A stretch of DNA of 64,000 bases from Treponema sp. (GTDB lineage Bacteria > Spirochaetota > Spirochaetia > Treponematales > Treponemataceae), in the NCBI GenBank assembly GCA_052169915.1, contig JBQNBN010000003.1, forward strand, positions 3,441 through 67,440, read 5' to 3'. Shown here piece after piece: positions 46,541-54,652 of the stretch (positions are counted from its first letter, which is position 1; each line of letters begins with the position of its first letter). The notes under the pieces are model-generated. The model was given only the letters and a program-made list of their open reading frames with translations. It made no database searches and had not been told where the DNA came from. Both the position numbers and the translations under genes were made by a program.

Positions 46541-46618
46541 CTCGTTTTGCCAATAGGCAAAACGAGTGCAGGCGGAACACAGTACACTCTGTCAAACTTC
46601 CGCAGCAGCCGCCTGCAG
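46541..46618 (+). repeat. Dispersed two-hairpin intergenic repeat (copy)
   Basis: CTCGTTTTGCC-AATA-GGCAAAACGAG, then TGCAGGCGG...CTCTGTCAAAC...GCCGCCTGCAG. Confidence 0.6.
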
Positions 46619-46633
46619 CAGACAGCGCGCCGC

Positions 46634-47593
46634 TTACGTCTTCCCGTCGGACATCTTCTGCAGTAAGTAATCCATTATCCCGTCATCATCGCAGGCGTTA
46701 AGAATCGTTTCCATCATATGCCCGTGAAGCATAGTCCAGTCGTTTTTGATGAACTCAAGGCTTCCGTCAGGTAAGCGGCGGTAGATAAGGCGGAAACTGT
46801 CTGCGTTTCCGTAAATGTCGACAAAAAGCGTGTCCCCGTATTCTTCCGTGCGCTCAACGCGCGTATGTCGCGCGCCGAAAGTCGGAGCCGGATATTCGAT
46901 TATCGTGCCGACAATATCTTTTACGCGGAGACTTTCCGCCTTTCCTGCCGCGCGGATTTTTGAAAACCGCTTGAGTTTTTCAATATGAAAGTCGGTGTTG
47001 TCGCGGTAATCTTCCATTATATAAAGAAGATACCAGTCGTCCCACGCATAAATGAGCCGTACCGGACGCAGCAGGACTTCAGTCTCGCCGTCTTTTACGC
47101 AGCGAACGCAAAGATTTTTGTTCATCGACTGCACAAACGTTTCCGCATCGGAAAAAGTTCCCCAGTTGGAAAGCGCAATCTGGATATTCTCCCGCACCGT
47201 GTGGAAGGTCATTTTTTGCATTTGTCCTGCACGCTCGACGATGGAGCGGAATATATCGTCAATCTGAGGCGCATAAAAAGTCCCGCCGAAAAGCGAATCC
47301 ATAAGGCGCCACGCAAGCGTCAAAACGGCAATGTCGCTCTCACTGTAGGCAAAATCCAAAAGCGCAAAGTCGGGATAGCAGTAAAAATAGCCGCGCTTTT
47401 CATGACTGTATTCGATGGGCGCGCCGAGATTCATTTCCATATACCGAAGGTCGCGCTGAATTGTGCGCTTACTCACCTCAAGTTTTTCCGCAATCTTTTT
47501 CGCCGACGGGCATTTTCCCGCTCGTATCATCTTATCGATTTCAAACATCCGCTTGTACGCCGTGCGGTATTTGTCTTTGAATAATTCATCCAT
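46634..47593 (-). CDS. WYL-domain transcriptional regulator (HTH + WYL)
   Basis: 319 aa with an N-terminal DeoR/HTH_11-type motif (AKKIAEKLEVSKRTIQRDLRYMEMNLGAPIEY) and a central WYL-like region (IYAWDDWYLLYI). Confidence 0.78.
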   Translation of the reverse strand: MDELFKDKYRTAYKRMFEIDKMIRAGKCPSAKKIAEKLEVSKRTIQRDLRYMEMNLGAPIEYSHEKRGYFYCYPDFALLDFAYSESDIAVLTLAWRLMDSLFGGTFYAPQIDDIFRSIVERAGQMQKMTFHTVRENIQIALSNWGTFSDAETFVQSMNKNLCVRCVKDGETEVLLRPVRLIYAWDDWYLLYIMEDYRDNTDFHIEKLKRFSKIRAAGKAESLRVKDIVGTIIEYPAPTFGARHTRVERTEEYGDTLFVDIYGNADSFRLIYRRLPDGSLEFIKNDWTMLHGHMMETILNACDDDGIMDYLLQKMSDGKT

Positions 47594-47852
47594 AATTTCC
47601 TCCGTATGTTTTTTCTTGTTAGATACTGCCTTTCTCCGCCCTTTTCGACTGCAAAAACTGCACTTTACCGTAAGTACTCAGTAATAAGGCGAATAGAAAC
47701 GCCGTCTTTGTCCGTTACGCAAAATTGCCGACTGTCTAGGCTCCATTCCCCGTAACCGGATTGCGTTGCCGCCGCAATGAAAACTCACCCCGGGCGGACG
47801 GCAACTTTGTATTGTCTCTCAAATTTCATTCTATTCCGCCCGCAACATTTCC

Positions 47853-47932
47853 TCAAGTTTTCGATTAGTAAACTTGCAGCAGGCTGAACTCAGTTTAAGT
47901 CTGTCAAATCTTTATAGCACCCACCTGCGCCG
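47853..47932 (+). repeat. Dispersed two-hairpin intergenic repeat (copy)
   Basis: CAAGTTTTCG-ATTA-GTAAACTTG...AAGTCTGTCAAATC...CACCTGCGCCG. It occupies the 5' extension of the ORF-track patatin ORF. Confidence 0.5.
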
Positions 47933-47966
47933 TCTCTTGTCGCCCCCGCTGCGCTATACTTTCCGC

Positions 47967-48782
47967 ATGGAAAAGAAACTCGGTTTAGTATTAGCAGGCG
48001 GAGGCGGAAAGGGAGCGTATCAAGCCGGCGTATGGAAATATTTACGGGAATCAGGCATTGCAGACCGCATTTCCGTATTGTCGGGAACGTCCGTCGGCGC
48101 GCTCAACGCCGCTCTTTTTACTCTTGTACCGTACAAAACGGTGGAACGCATTTGGACGTGCGCCGTCCATGACAAAATCCTTTCGTTGCAGGACAAATCT
48201 CTTCCTGCAATAGAAGACGGATTATCTTTTATTGCAGAGGGACTTTTTAGCGCCGCCTTATCGTCGTTCAAGACAGTTGCGGAAAACGGTATCTGGAGCA
48301 GAGACGGACTTTTGGAAATTATGCAGAGCATTCCGCTTAAAAATCTGCACAATCCCAAAATTCCTTCAGTTTATGCCGCCTGCACAGCCGTTTTTCCTCT
48401 GTTCGGAACCAAATATTTTAGACTAAACGGATACAATATCCCGAAAATCCGAAAAATTCTCCTTGCTTCAAGCGCAATCCCGCTTGCCTTTAAGCCGGAG
48501 ACGATTGACGGCACGCTCTACCTTGACGGCGGACTTACCTGCAACGTACCGCTTGCCCCGCTTATCAGAACACACTGCGCCTGCGCCATCGTAATCACCT
48601 TGTTGGAAAATGCCGAAATAACTCCCCCTCCGCCGCCTCAAATGCGCGTTGTTACAATCCGCCCGTCCGAGCCGCTTGGAAAACTCGGCGCTCTAAACTT
48701 TTCTTCCGCGCGGATACGCCGCTTAATCCGCCTCGGCTATGAAGACACGAAGCGAACGCTGCGTGAGGGGAATTGGTTTTAA
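47967..48782 (+). CDS. Patatin-like phospholipase
   Basis: Reads MEKKLGLVLAGGGGKGAYQAG (oxyanion GGGxxG), with GTSVG (GxSxG nucleophile) and YLDGGL (catalytic Asp). The start is placed at the internal Met after the repeat element. Confidence 0.85.
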   Translation: MEKKLGLVLAGGGGKGAYQAGVWKYLRESGIADRISVLSGTSVGALNAALFTLVPYKTVERIWTCAVHDKILSLQDKSLPAIEDGLSFIAEGLFSAALSSFKTVAENGIWSRDGLLEIMQSIPLKNLHNPKIPSVYAACTAVFPLFGTKYFRLNGYNIPKIRKILLASSAIPLAFKPETIDGTLYLDGGLTCNVPLAPLIRTHCACAIVITLLENAEITPPPPPQMRVVTIRPSEPLGKLGALNFSSARIRRLIRLGYEDTKRTLREGNWF

Positions 48783-48785
48783 TTG

Positions 48786-48821
48786 GGAATGCGGAGGACT
48801 TAATTATGAATTCCGCATTCC
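48786..48821. repeat. GGAATGCGGA/TCCGCATTCC hairpin between convergent genes
   Basis: A perfect 10-bp inverted repeat with a 16-nt loop. Related GGAATGCG...CGCATTCC + AATTAAGCAT modules occur at about 29215-29255, 55478-55525 and 58666-58712. Confidence 0.55.
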
Positions 48822-48831
48822 GAATTAAGCA

Positions 48832-49131
48832 TTAAAATTTACGCATTACCCTCACTCCCATCCGCGTTTCATTGAATATGAATACATATTCTCCGCTGTC
48901 CGGCACGGTGAAGAAAAAATTACTATTAGACTTCCTGCCTGATGTTGACTTGTAGTCTGCGCTGTCAAGCGGAATAACAGCACGCATGTAATCAAGCGCG
49001 CCCCACTGCTGCGACCAGTTTTCAACAGCAGCGCAAAACTTAAATTGCGCGGTTGTACCGACTGCAAGATATACCGTACACGACCAAACGGCTTCTCCTG
49101 AGGGCGCATCAAGCATCATCCCCATCGCGCC
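48832..49131 (-). other. CBM-like beta-sandwich module, in frame with the upstream ORF across a TGA
   Basis: ..GAMGMMLDAPSGEAVWSCTVYLAVGTTAQFKF...GEYVFIFNETRMGVRVMRKF is homologous to 54251-54652. The preceding codon (49132-49134) is TGA where the paralogue has TGG. Confidence 0.6.
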
Positions 49132-50388
49132 TCAATTATTCATGTTGCCGCGCAAGAACATCGCCGTAGAGACGGCTACGACTACGGCAATGTTTTGCTC
49201 TTCGGCGGCGTAATCTGCGTCCCCCATATCCGAATTAACTTGTCTTTCTCCTTCTACTCGTTCACTGTTTCGGGGGGGGGGGGGGGGGGTAATGATTGCA
49301 AAAGGGGTCCTGTCGCCAAAATTATGTTCCACTACTTTCAAATAAAATATCTTTCCTGAACATGGAGCAAAAATGTTATATGTTGATGAGGAACGAACAG
49401 TTGCTTTCCCTTCAAAGCCGGTTAGATGTGCAATACATTGCCCTTCTTCTACCAGAGCACCATGTTCACAGCCTCTCTGGAGTTCCCATCTGAGTCTATA
49501 ATAACCAGAACTCTCTTTACTAGCAGCATAAGCAGAACTGCCTATTTGATTGAGAATGTGAAGAAAGCCGTTATATGGATTAGTAAGACCATTTTTCTCA
49601 TACTCAGAAAAATAACCGCCGGATGCAGCAGCGTGTTTAGTTACGCAGACTACACTGTTCGTAAGCACTCTATCGATTTCACTTTCAAGCTTTCGCTCAT
49701 ATTCGGTTTGCAGTTCCAAGATTTTTGCGTCTTTCCGGCTCTCGGTCTCTGCCAGCTGCCGTTGATGTTCGGAGCGTTCTTCCGCCGCTTTTTTCTGCGC
49801 GTTCGTCAATTCCCGCTCGTATTCCGTTCTCATCTTTTCAATCTGTGCGTCTTTTTGCTTTAAGGCTTCTTCATCGCGTCCGAACACGCTTGTATCTGCG
49901 GAAAAAAGCGTAATAAAATCCGACGTCTCAAGAATGAGCGCATTTTCAGGCTCTGAATCGGAGCAGGCACAGTCGGCATGGGCGTTTTCATCAACGCAGA
50001 TTGTATATGCAGCATCCAAAACAGAGACAGCAAATTCGTCACCCTTTTTTATTGCGCGCTTGGCTGCCGCAATAAACGGCAGTACGTACTCCGCTTGGAT
50101 AAGGCTGCTGCACTTTGCTTTGAGAGTCAGCGCGTGCAGGCGTTTGGCGGCAGTTCCGTCCCGCCCGCAGTCAACAATGATGAGCGCAAAATCATCGTCG
50201 TCAAAATCATTGATACTGTAGAAGTCTTTTATAAACTCTACAAATGTATCCATATCTTCTGATGTTTCATAATACATACACGGATTTCCGTTTATGCTCA
50301 CGGGGTTTGCATTGCCGCTTGTATCGACGGCAAGCGCCCGCGCCTCTGAAGCGGTAACGACCGCAAGTATTCTATAGCGCGCTTGCAT
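49132..50388 (-). CDS. Island-II family protein A: conserved N-domain, coiled coil, large middle region, poly-Pro
   Basis: The start is at MQARYRILAVV with an AAGGAGG RBS. The N-terminal 150 aa are ~70-80% identical to the paralogues at 54613-55392 and 56655-58589. It ends ...FLRGNMNN at TGA. Confidence 0.7.
   Translation of the reverse strand: MQARYRILAVVTASEARALAVDTSGNANPVSINGNPCMYYETSEDMDTFVEFIKDFYSINDFDDDDFALIIVDCGRDGTAAKRLHALTLKAKCSSLIQAEYVLPFIAAAKRAIKKGDEFAVSVLDAAYTICVDENAHADCACSDSEPENALILETSDFITLFSADTSVFGRDEEALKQKDAQIEKMRTEYERELTNAQKKAAEERSEHQRQLAETESRKDAKILELQTEYERKLESEIDRVLTNSVVCVTKHAAASGGYFSEYEKNGLTNPYNGFLHILNQIGSSAYAASKESSGYYRLRWELQRGCEHGALVEEGQCIAHLTGFEGKATVRSSSTYNIFAPCSGKIFYLKVVEHNFGDRTPFAIITPPPPPRNSERVEGERQVNSDMGDADYAAEEQNIAVVVAVSTAMFLRGNMNN
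49272..49289. repeat. Homopolymeric G18 tract (C18 on coding strand)
   Basis: Counted directly: 18 consecutive G. On the minus strand it encodes T-P-P-P-P-P-R inside family protein A. Confidence 0.95.
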
Positions 50389-50518
50389 ATTATTTTCCTC
50401 CTTCATAAACCTGTTCGGAAACTTCTGGTTCGGAACAGGGTACTTTTAAATGCAATGTTCTCAATCGCGCTGTTTGTGCGATTGAGAACTCGTCAACCCG
50501 TTTGATAACGGAGTGCTT

Positions 50519-51142
50519 TTATTTACGCGATTTTAATGCGTTAGTCAGCGCATCGGAATCGCTGATATTCGGGTTTATTGCCTTTTCAATACCTTTTAAA
50601 GCGGTTTCCGCTTGGGCAAGTTTTTTGTCGTTGTGTTCGGTTCCATTCATGTATCCGAACACAGTTTTTGCCGTGTCGAGACTGCCGCTTATCAGCTTTC
50701 CGAATTCCGTCATACGCGCTTCCGTAAAATACTGCGGATTTGCAATTACATATTTTGCAAATGCCTCCATGGGGAAATCCGGGTATTTTTCTGCAGCAAG
50801 AGCCGAAGTAAGGGTAATTCCTTTTTGCAACTTCTCCTCTTCGGGAATGAGCTTTGATTTTTCAGGATCGACTTTAAATCCTTCCACTGCTTTTACATAT
50901 TTATCATACGAATCAAAATTTTCAGGTTTTATGCCCGCTTCCTCCGCTTGAATTGCTTTGTCTCCCAATTCTTCAGGCTTTGTTTCAGGCTTGATAATGC
51001 CTAATGCCTTTCCCAACGCGACAAAGGCGCTGCCGAGCGCTTTTAATCCCTGAATTGCAAGCCCTGCAATCGCAAGAGCTTTTCCGATTGTCGTTGCCGC
51101 TGCAATAATACTTCCAATGGCTCCAATAATAACTCCGAACAT
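50519..51142 (-). CDS. Hypothetical protein with N-terminal Gly/Ala-zipper segment
   Basis: 207 aa reading MFGVIIGAIGSIIAAATTIGKALAIAGLAIQGLKALGSAFVALGKALGII, then a helical Lys/Glu-rich region. It starts 18 nt after the ATPase stop. Confidence 0.6.
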   Translation of the reverse strand: MFGVIIGAIGSIIAAATTIGKALAIAGLAIQGLKALGSAFVALGKALGIIKPETKPEELGDKAIQAEEAGIKPENFDSYDKYVKAVEGFKVDPEKSKLIPEEEKLQKGITLTSALAAEKYPDFPMEAFAKYVIANPQYFTEARMTEFGKLISGSLDTAKTVFGYMNGTEHNDKKLAQAETALKGIEKAINPNISDSDALTNALKSRK

Positions 51143-51160
51143 AATCGTTCCTCCTAAATT

Positions 51161-54100
51161 TTACATCAGATACCGGCAAATATCTCCACCGATATCCTCT
51201 TTTGTTATATTTTTTGCATCGAACACGCCGATGTAAAAATCCGTAAGTTCCGCAATACGCTTTTGAGTGTCTTCCGGTTTATCATCGCTTTTCGCTTTGC
51301 CTTTCAACAGTTCCCGTCTGCGTATTAAAAGAGTCCATATCTTTTTACGTTCCAGTCCCGTTTTCTGAGAAACTTCTCCGATTGCTTTTTTAAGCTGTTC
51401 GCAGGTTGCACTATCCGGCTCCCTCTTCGAAATACTTTCCGCAACCTTATCGTACAATCTGTAAATAGAGAGAATTTCAAGATCGTCGTAACACTTCCCC
51501 AATTCAGGACGCTTTTCTAAAAACCGCGTGCGGACAACTTCATCGCCGATTTCGCGCTCGTTGGTGTCGGTGATACGCGTAATAAAGACGTGAACGGGTT
51601 TGTCCGTATGTTCGTTAAAGACGACGGCATTTCCCGTTTCAAGGGCTGAAAGATATTCCTTTTGTTTGTCGTCCATCAGCATGGTGTCTCCGACCGCTTC
51701 TTTGTCGTCTTTGGCAAGAATCTTGTGGATAATCTTTGTGTTGGTGTTTTTTAATACCTCAGGCGCAAGTTTATTCGGAATCTGGTCTACGACGATCAGC
51801 CCTTCGCCGTATTTACGAACTTCCGCAAGCAAGTCCGTAAAGGTTTCAACCGCGCCTTTTTTAGAACCGCTGTCGCCGAATTCCACTTTGGAAAGCAGGC
51901 GGTGCGCTTCTTCTATAAGCGTCAGATGTCTATAGTCGGGATTTTCCTTGTGTTTTGCTTTGATAACCGCAGAAAGGCGCGACAAAACAAAGCCCATCAG
52001 AAGCGATTTATCTTCCGGAGACTTCAGCTCTTCCATTTCAAGAATGACGTTATGCTCGGCAATATAGTTAAAGTCGGTGGAATGAGCGCAGTTGAGCATG
52101 GCGCCTTTTGATCCGACGGTCAGATTGGAAAGACGGCTGACAAGCGAACCTTTATAATTTGCCGCAAGTTCCGCTCCGAATCCTTTTTCGCCAACAACGG
52201 CGTCCAATTCCGTCAGCAATTCGGAAAGAATGGGAAAACTGTCCGTATCGGCGTCAAACGCCGCGTCTCCGTAGGAGTCGTTTTCATTCGTGTCGATATT
52301 CCAGCCCTTTTTTTCGTAGCAGCGGTAGATCGCTTCTTCCAAAATCTGCGGCATAGACGCTTCCATCGGGAAAGCGGACGTAAAAGTCGCCTTTACCATA
52401 TCGATATGCGATGAAATCACTTCGCCGGGGATCAGTTCAAACGGGTTTATTCTAAACGGAGAAGCAGTTTCGTTGCCGAGCGTAAAGACGACGATATCTT
52501 TAAACGCGCTTCCCGTGCCGGAGACGTCTCCGTTGATGAGCGTGCGGTATTCGGTTTTTGCAGGCTCAATAACAAGGAAGGGGATTTTTGCCTGTGAAAG
52601 CAGCTTGTGGCAGGTGGTTGTTTTTCCGCTGCCGGTAACGCCTGCGATAAAGGTGTGCTTTGCCATGCTTTTTCGCGAAAGCGTAAACGGCAGTTTTGTA
52701 AGCGGACGCCCGCGCTGTACCATGTAGCCGAGTTCTATCCCCGCCTCTTGCGTTCCGAACGGTTTTTCGTTCAGTCCGAAGTCTACAATTTCTTTAAGCG
52801 GAATGCCGGGAACCTCCGTCTGAGGCAGTCCCGCCAACAGGCTGATTTCAGACGCGGTCAGATAGGTGCAAAGCCCTTCACCGAGTTTTGAATCGGGACG
52901 GGATAAAAGCAGCCGCGCATCTTCGGAAACGGCAGGCTGCGTGTCGTATTGATTTTGGTATGTTTGCAAAATGCCGCAGGTTTCTTCTACGGATTTTTTT
53001 AATTTTTTTGCGATAAGCGGACTGTGAGTCGCCTTATTCCCTTGAAAGATTGACATAAGTCCGACTTTTAGCCGTTCCGCATGGCTTGGTTCCTTTGCCA
53101 TGTAATACACGGACGTCTTAAACGCTCCCTTACCGAGCCCTAAGCGAATGCGCTCTAAAAGCTCTTCTTCCATATATTTCATTAAATCCTGCGCGTGCTT
53201 GTTGGCAAGCTCAAGCGTTACCGCGTTGGACGAACCGCGGTTTTGCGTGCTTGTGCGGCTTTCGCTGTCCGATGTTGTTTCTCCTCTACTTTTTCCACCG
53301 CCTTTTGTATGCGCTTGGCTGCCTCCTTTGTTATGACCGTGGGTTGACCTGCCGGATTCAGTGGAATCATTCTCTCCCCATGTGGTTGTGCTTGTATCGC
53401 TCTCGTTGACGTTGTTCGTTATATTCTCCGATTCCGAATGCGTATTGCCGACTGCAACGGACGAGCCGTCATTTTCACTGTGCTGCAAGGTCAGTTTTGA
53501 GATAAGCGCAAGACGGTTGTAAAGTCCGTATACATTGCGCTGCAAGGAAAGCATTTCATCCCGTGAAACAGGCTCGCATACGACGACCAGTCTCCACTCA
53601 AGTCCGAGCATTGAATTTATAAGCCGGTCTATTCCCTGAAAGTCCTGTTCATCCCCGGCATCTTTTTCATTGACTGTCGGAATGCCGAGTAAAAGCCCCG
53701 CGTTTACTTCTCCTATATTGTTTGAATATAGTTGTGCGCCTTCCAAAAGAAAGTCGTTTGACTGCTTATCTTTTACTTGTTCCAGCGCACTGCCGTTAAA
53801 GTTCCCCTCAAAGGCATTTTTGAGAATCTTTCCGTAGTCGTTTGCGCTCATATATTCGCCGGTTTGACTGTTTCCGGGATTGACGTTTTTTACAATGCCT
53901 ATATATAAGTCAATTCCCCGCTCCGTGCCGGAAAGAACGTATGCAAAATTGAACGCCGGATTATCCAGCGAGGCAAGCACGTTTTCAAACGCTTCTCTGT
54001 GCGGATAATCTTTGTCGAATGCAAGCTGCGTTACCTTAAAAAAGCACGCCGAATTCCTGTCAAGTACGGTTTTCTTGTCCGGCGGAAAACCGATATCCGC

Positions 54101-54199
54101 AAAGGTTTCAATAACCTCGTTTTCTTCCGAATTTTGCAGATCATTAAACAGACTCAAGACTTGAGCCGTCTGCGCCGTCAATTGTGTGGAATCTTCCAT
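51161..54199 (-). CDS. HerA/FtsK-superfamily (DUF87-like) P-loop ATPase with ~480-aa N-terminal extension
   Basis: 1012 aa with Walker A GVTGSGKTTT and Walker B LTLIEEAHRLL. The downstream RKYGEGLIVVDQIPNKLAPEVLKNTNTKIIHKI is typical of HerA-like ATPases. The N-terminal region contains a Ser/Thr/Gly/Asn-rich tract. An AGGAG RBS is present. Confidence 0.85.
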   Translation of the reverse strand: MEDSTQLTAQTAQVLSLFNDLQNSEENEVIETFADIGFPPDKKTVLDRNSACFFKVTQLAFDKDYPHREAFENVLASLDNPAFNFAYVLSGTERGIDLYIGIVKNVNPGNSQTGEYMSANDYGKILKNAFEGNFNGSALEQVKDKQSNDFLLEGAQLYSNNIGEVNAGLLLGIPTVNEKDAGDEQDFQGIDRLINSMLGLEWRLVVVCEPVSRDEMLSLQRNVYGLYNRLALISKLTLQHSENDGSSVAVGNTHSESENITNNVNESDTSTTTWGENDSTESGRSTHGHNKGGSQAHTKGGGKSRGETTSDSESRTSTQNRGSSNAVTLELANKHAQDLMKYMEEELLERIRLGLGKGAFKTSVYYMAKEPSHAERLKVGLMSIFQGNKATHSPLIAKKLKKSVEETCGILQTYQNQYDTQPAVSEDARLLLSRPDSKLGEGLCTYLTASEISLLAGLPQTEVPGIPLKEIVDFGLNEKPFGTQEAGIELGYMVQRGRPLTKLPFTLSRKSMAKHTFIAGVTGSGKTTTCHKLLSQAKIPFLVIEPAKTEYRTLINGDVSGTGSAFKDIVVFTLGNETASPFRINPFELIPGEVISSHIDMVKATFTSAFPMEASMPQILEEAIYRCYEKKGWNIDTNENDSYGDAAFDADTDSFPILSELLTELDAVVGEKGFGAELAANYKGSLVSRLSNLTVGSKGAMLNCAHSTDFNYIAEHNVILEMEELKSPEDKSLLMGFVLSRLSAVIKAKHKENPDYRHLTLIEEAHRLLSKVEFGDSGSKKGAVETFTDLLAEVRKYGEGLIVVDQIPNKLAPEVLKNTNTKIIHKILAKDDKEAVGDTMLMDDKQKEYLSALETGNAVVFNEHTDKPVHVFITRITDTNEREIGDEVVRTRFLEKRPELGKCYDDLEILSIYRLYDKVAESISKREPDSATCEQLKKAIGEVSQKTGLERKKIWTLLIRRRELLKGKAKSDDKPEDTQKRIAELTDFYIGVFDAKNITKEDIGGDICRYLM

Positions 54200-54250
54200 A
54201 ATTACTCCTATTAAACCTGTCCGGAAATTTTTGTTTTGGAACAGGTCTGT

Positions 54251-54652
54251 TTATCTTTTGCGTTTGACTTGTACCGTCATCCGCGTCTCATTGAATATGA
54301 ATGCGTACTCACCGTTTTGCAGGGGCGATATCGTAACCGTAAAGGAAAATTGTTTTTGTCTGCCGTCTATGTATTTTGCATTTTTCGTAATACCGTTTGG
54401 TACTACAGCAGCATTATTAATATTAGCCGGTATACAATATTGCTCCTCTTCAACATTTTCATTTGCGAATACAAAATTTACCGTTCCAACAAAGAGGTTT
54501 ACCCTACACGACCAAACGGCTTCTCCTGAAGACATATCAAGCGTCATCGCCGTTGCGTCCCAGTTATTCATGCTGCCGCGTAAAAACATCGCAGGAGAGA
54601 CGGCAACGGCTCTTACGTTTTGTACCGCAGTCGTTCCATCTGCAGCACCCAT
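54251..54652 (-). other. CBM-like beta-sandwich module ORF, out of frame with upstream family protein B
   Basis: ..AVAVSPAMFLRGSMNNWDATAMTLDMSSGEAVWSCRVNLFVGTVNFVF...GEYAFIFNETRMTVQVKRKR. The open frame extends upstream to the poly-C tract, and one extra C would fuse it to protein B. Confidence 0.65.

Noticed and set aside
49132-49134. Alternative genetic code (TGA read as Trp or Gly) or selenocysteine as the explanation for the two in-frame TGA codons.
   Set aside because: TGA is used as the terminal stop of clearly complete genes in this window (for example mfd at 4689-4691 and the CNNM gene at 63699-63701), so a global reassignment is unlikely. I saw no obvious SECIS-like hairpin immediately downstream, but that was not rigorously tested.
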